From Marsupella aquatica (Eukaryota > Plantae > Marchantiophyta), in NCBI GenBank assembly GCA_973895155.1, contig OZ316892.1, positions 22,669,168-22,733,167 of the forward strand: 64,000 nt of DNA, written 5' to 3'. This document shows, in pieces, positions 62,901 to 64,000 of the stretch (positions are counted from its first letter, which is position 1; every line of letters begins with the position of its first letter). Below the pieces are notes generated by a model. It had not been told where the DNA came from and did no database searches. It worked only from the letters and a program-made list of their open reading frames with translations. Position numbers and translations under genes: made by a program.

Positions 62901-63852
62901 GTCACAGAAAGACTCAAAGCACACATTGTCTGTGATAGAGAGTAATAATATACCTGAACTCTTGTGTGATGAAGGTCAATCAATGTGCTTAAAGTCTGAG
63001 CATGGTTATTGAAGGCAAATTCATATTGTTCATCAGCTTCATCCAGTCTTGTTGCAAGTCGTTCTATAGTTCCAGTCTTCACCTTTATCTGGTTTTGCAG
63101 CATCACAGTTGCAACATAGAGTCATGTGTATTCACCTTGCATGATAAACTGTGGACAAGAACATAACTAGAGAGGTTGTTAACTATATCAGTTATTAGTC
63201 ACTGATATCAGTTGGCTTAGCCTCCTAGTCGAGTGAAAATAATTAAACATTTTTAACTCGAAGATGTTCACCAAGTGGGGCGCCAAGCCTGCCGAGTGGG
63301 GCAGAATAACTTGGAGGCCCAGCAAGGTACTTAATATCATGGGAAAAAGTTGTCTCAATGCATAAGAGAAACTGATACCTGATATGAGTGATGGATACCT
63401 GACATTGGTGCACTACTCATCTAAAATGTGGGTGACAAGCCCCAAATTTACTGTAACTTAACTTTGATGCAAGAATGTTAGGGTGTTGGAAGAAGTGCCT
63501 TGAAAATTGATGCATTAAAAAAGTTATTTATTGTGTACAATAAATGTTCTATGCCATGAGTAAGCTTCTCCCATTCCAACACATTCAAAATGACAGTTTT
63601 GATCTTTCAACCATCCACAGCCAATAAGAGGGGCTTACATGTTGAGTCAGAAATACAGATTCTGTACTCATTTTTCTGCATTCAGGACACTAGAGAAGAA
63701 GTGGCATATATAATACTTACTCTGTGATCATATTCTTCTGCAATTTTTTCAATACTCTCGTGCATGGCTTGAGCATTCTCACTCCTCATCACAGCCCTCC
63801 AATCCATGTGTATTCTGTGCATGTTGAATCTGCTTATTTTCTCTTCTGCCTC
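56973..63852 (-). CDS. DRC2: Dynein regulatory complex subunit 2 (CCDC65/DRC2); 5' exon(s) outside window
   Basis: Coiled-coil exons in transcript order: 63721-63852 (WRAVMR), 62954-63088 (LDEADEQYEFA), 62496-62594, 62092-62187 (QEFESTREELK), 61526-61615 (NKSTEEYNV), 61012-61166, 60473-60593, 59637-59732, 59053-59182 (RKLETENE; donor uncertain), 57911-58035 (KRFNK), 57189-57329 (VMLEK..L..EN-like), last exon ~56973-56990 uncertain. GT-AG boundaries are phase-consistent. Confidence 0.87.
59951..60075. repeat. 63-bp tandem duplication in a DRC2 intron
   Basis: CTGGGCCAGGCTGCCAAGTT(G/A)AAAATTTGA(C/G)CCAGAGAGATCAGCTGAGTGGG x2. Confidence 0.9.
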
Positions 63853-64000
63853 CTGCAATTTCAATGCAAGCCCAATATTATAAAAGAATCTCTTTGAAGC
63901 AAGGTAAGTATGCTGGTTGAGCACCTTATGTAAGGTCATGCTCTACTTTAATGCTGCCCCTAAACTAATTCCTCCTTCCACAAAAGTCATGTTTAAAGTT

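Overview
Eukaryotic nuclear DNA from a non-seed land plant (inferred: intron-rich plant genes, a type-A cytokinin response regulator, and an axonemal DRC2/CCDC65 gene implying flagellated sperm; bryophyte, lycophyte or fern most likely). Four spliced genes: a 5'-truncated RRM+SPOC (Spen-family) gene (16-4252, +), a WD40-type inositol polyphosphate 5-phosphatase (9061-16592, +), a type-A response regulator (50828-52316, +) and a 5'-truncated DRC2/CCDC65 gene (~56973-63852, -). There is also an LRR pseudogene split by an inversion. The 34-kb interval between the 5-phosphatase and the response regulator has no recognisable intact gene. It holds an internally deleted Ty1/copia element, a 5'-truncated restriction-endonuclease-like (CRE/R2-type) non-LTR element ending in (TA)n, a PIF/Harbinger derivative whose empty site lies in the neighbouring repeat unit, a tRNA-derived SINE, two MITE families, tandem arrays and several GC-rich islands. 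A 207-bp group II intron maturase (domain X) fragment sits downstream of the response regulator. No single clearly novel system was proven. The best leads are the RLE element, the endocytic motifs in the 5-phosphatase N-terminus, the triple AGATTT array upstream of the response regulator, and a G:U-rich hairpin. All exon boundaries and alignments were read by eye.
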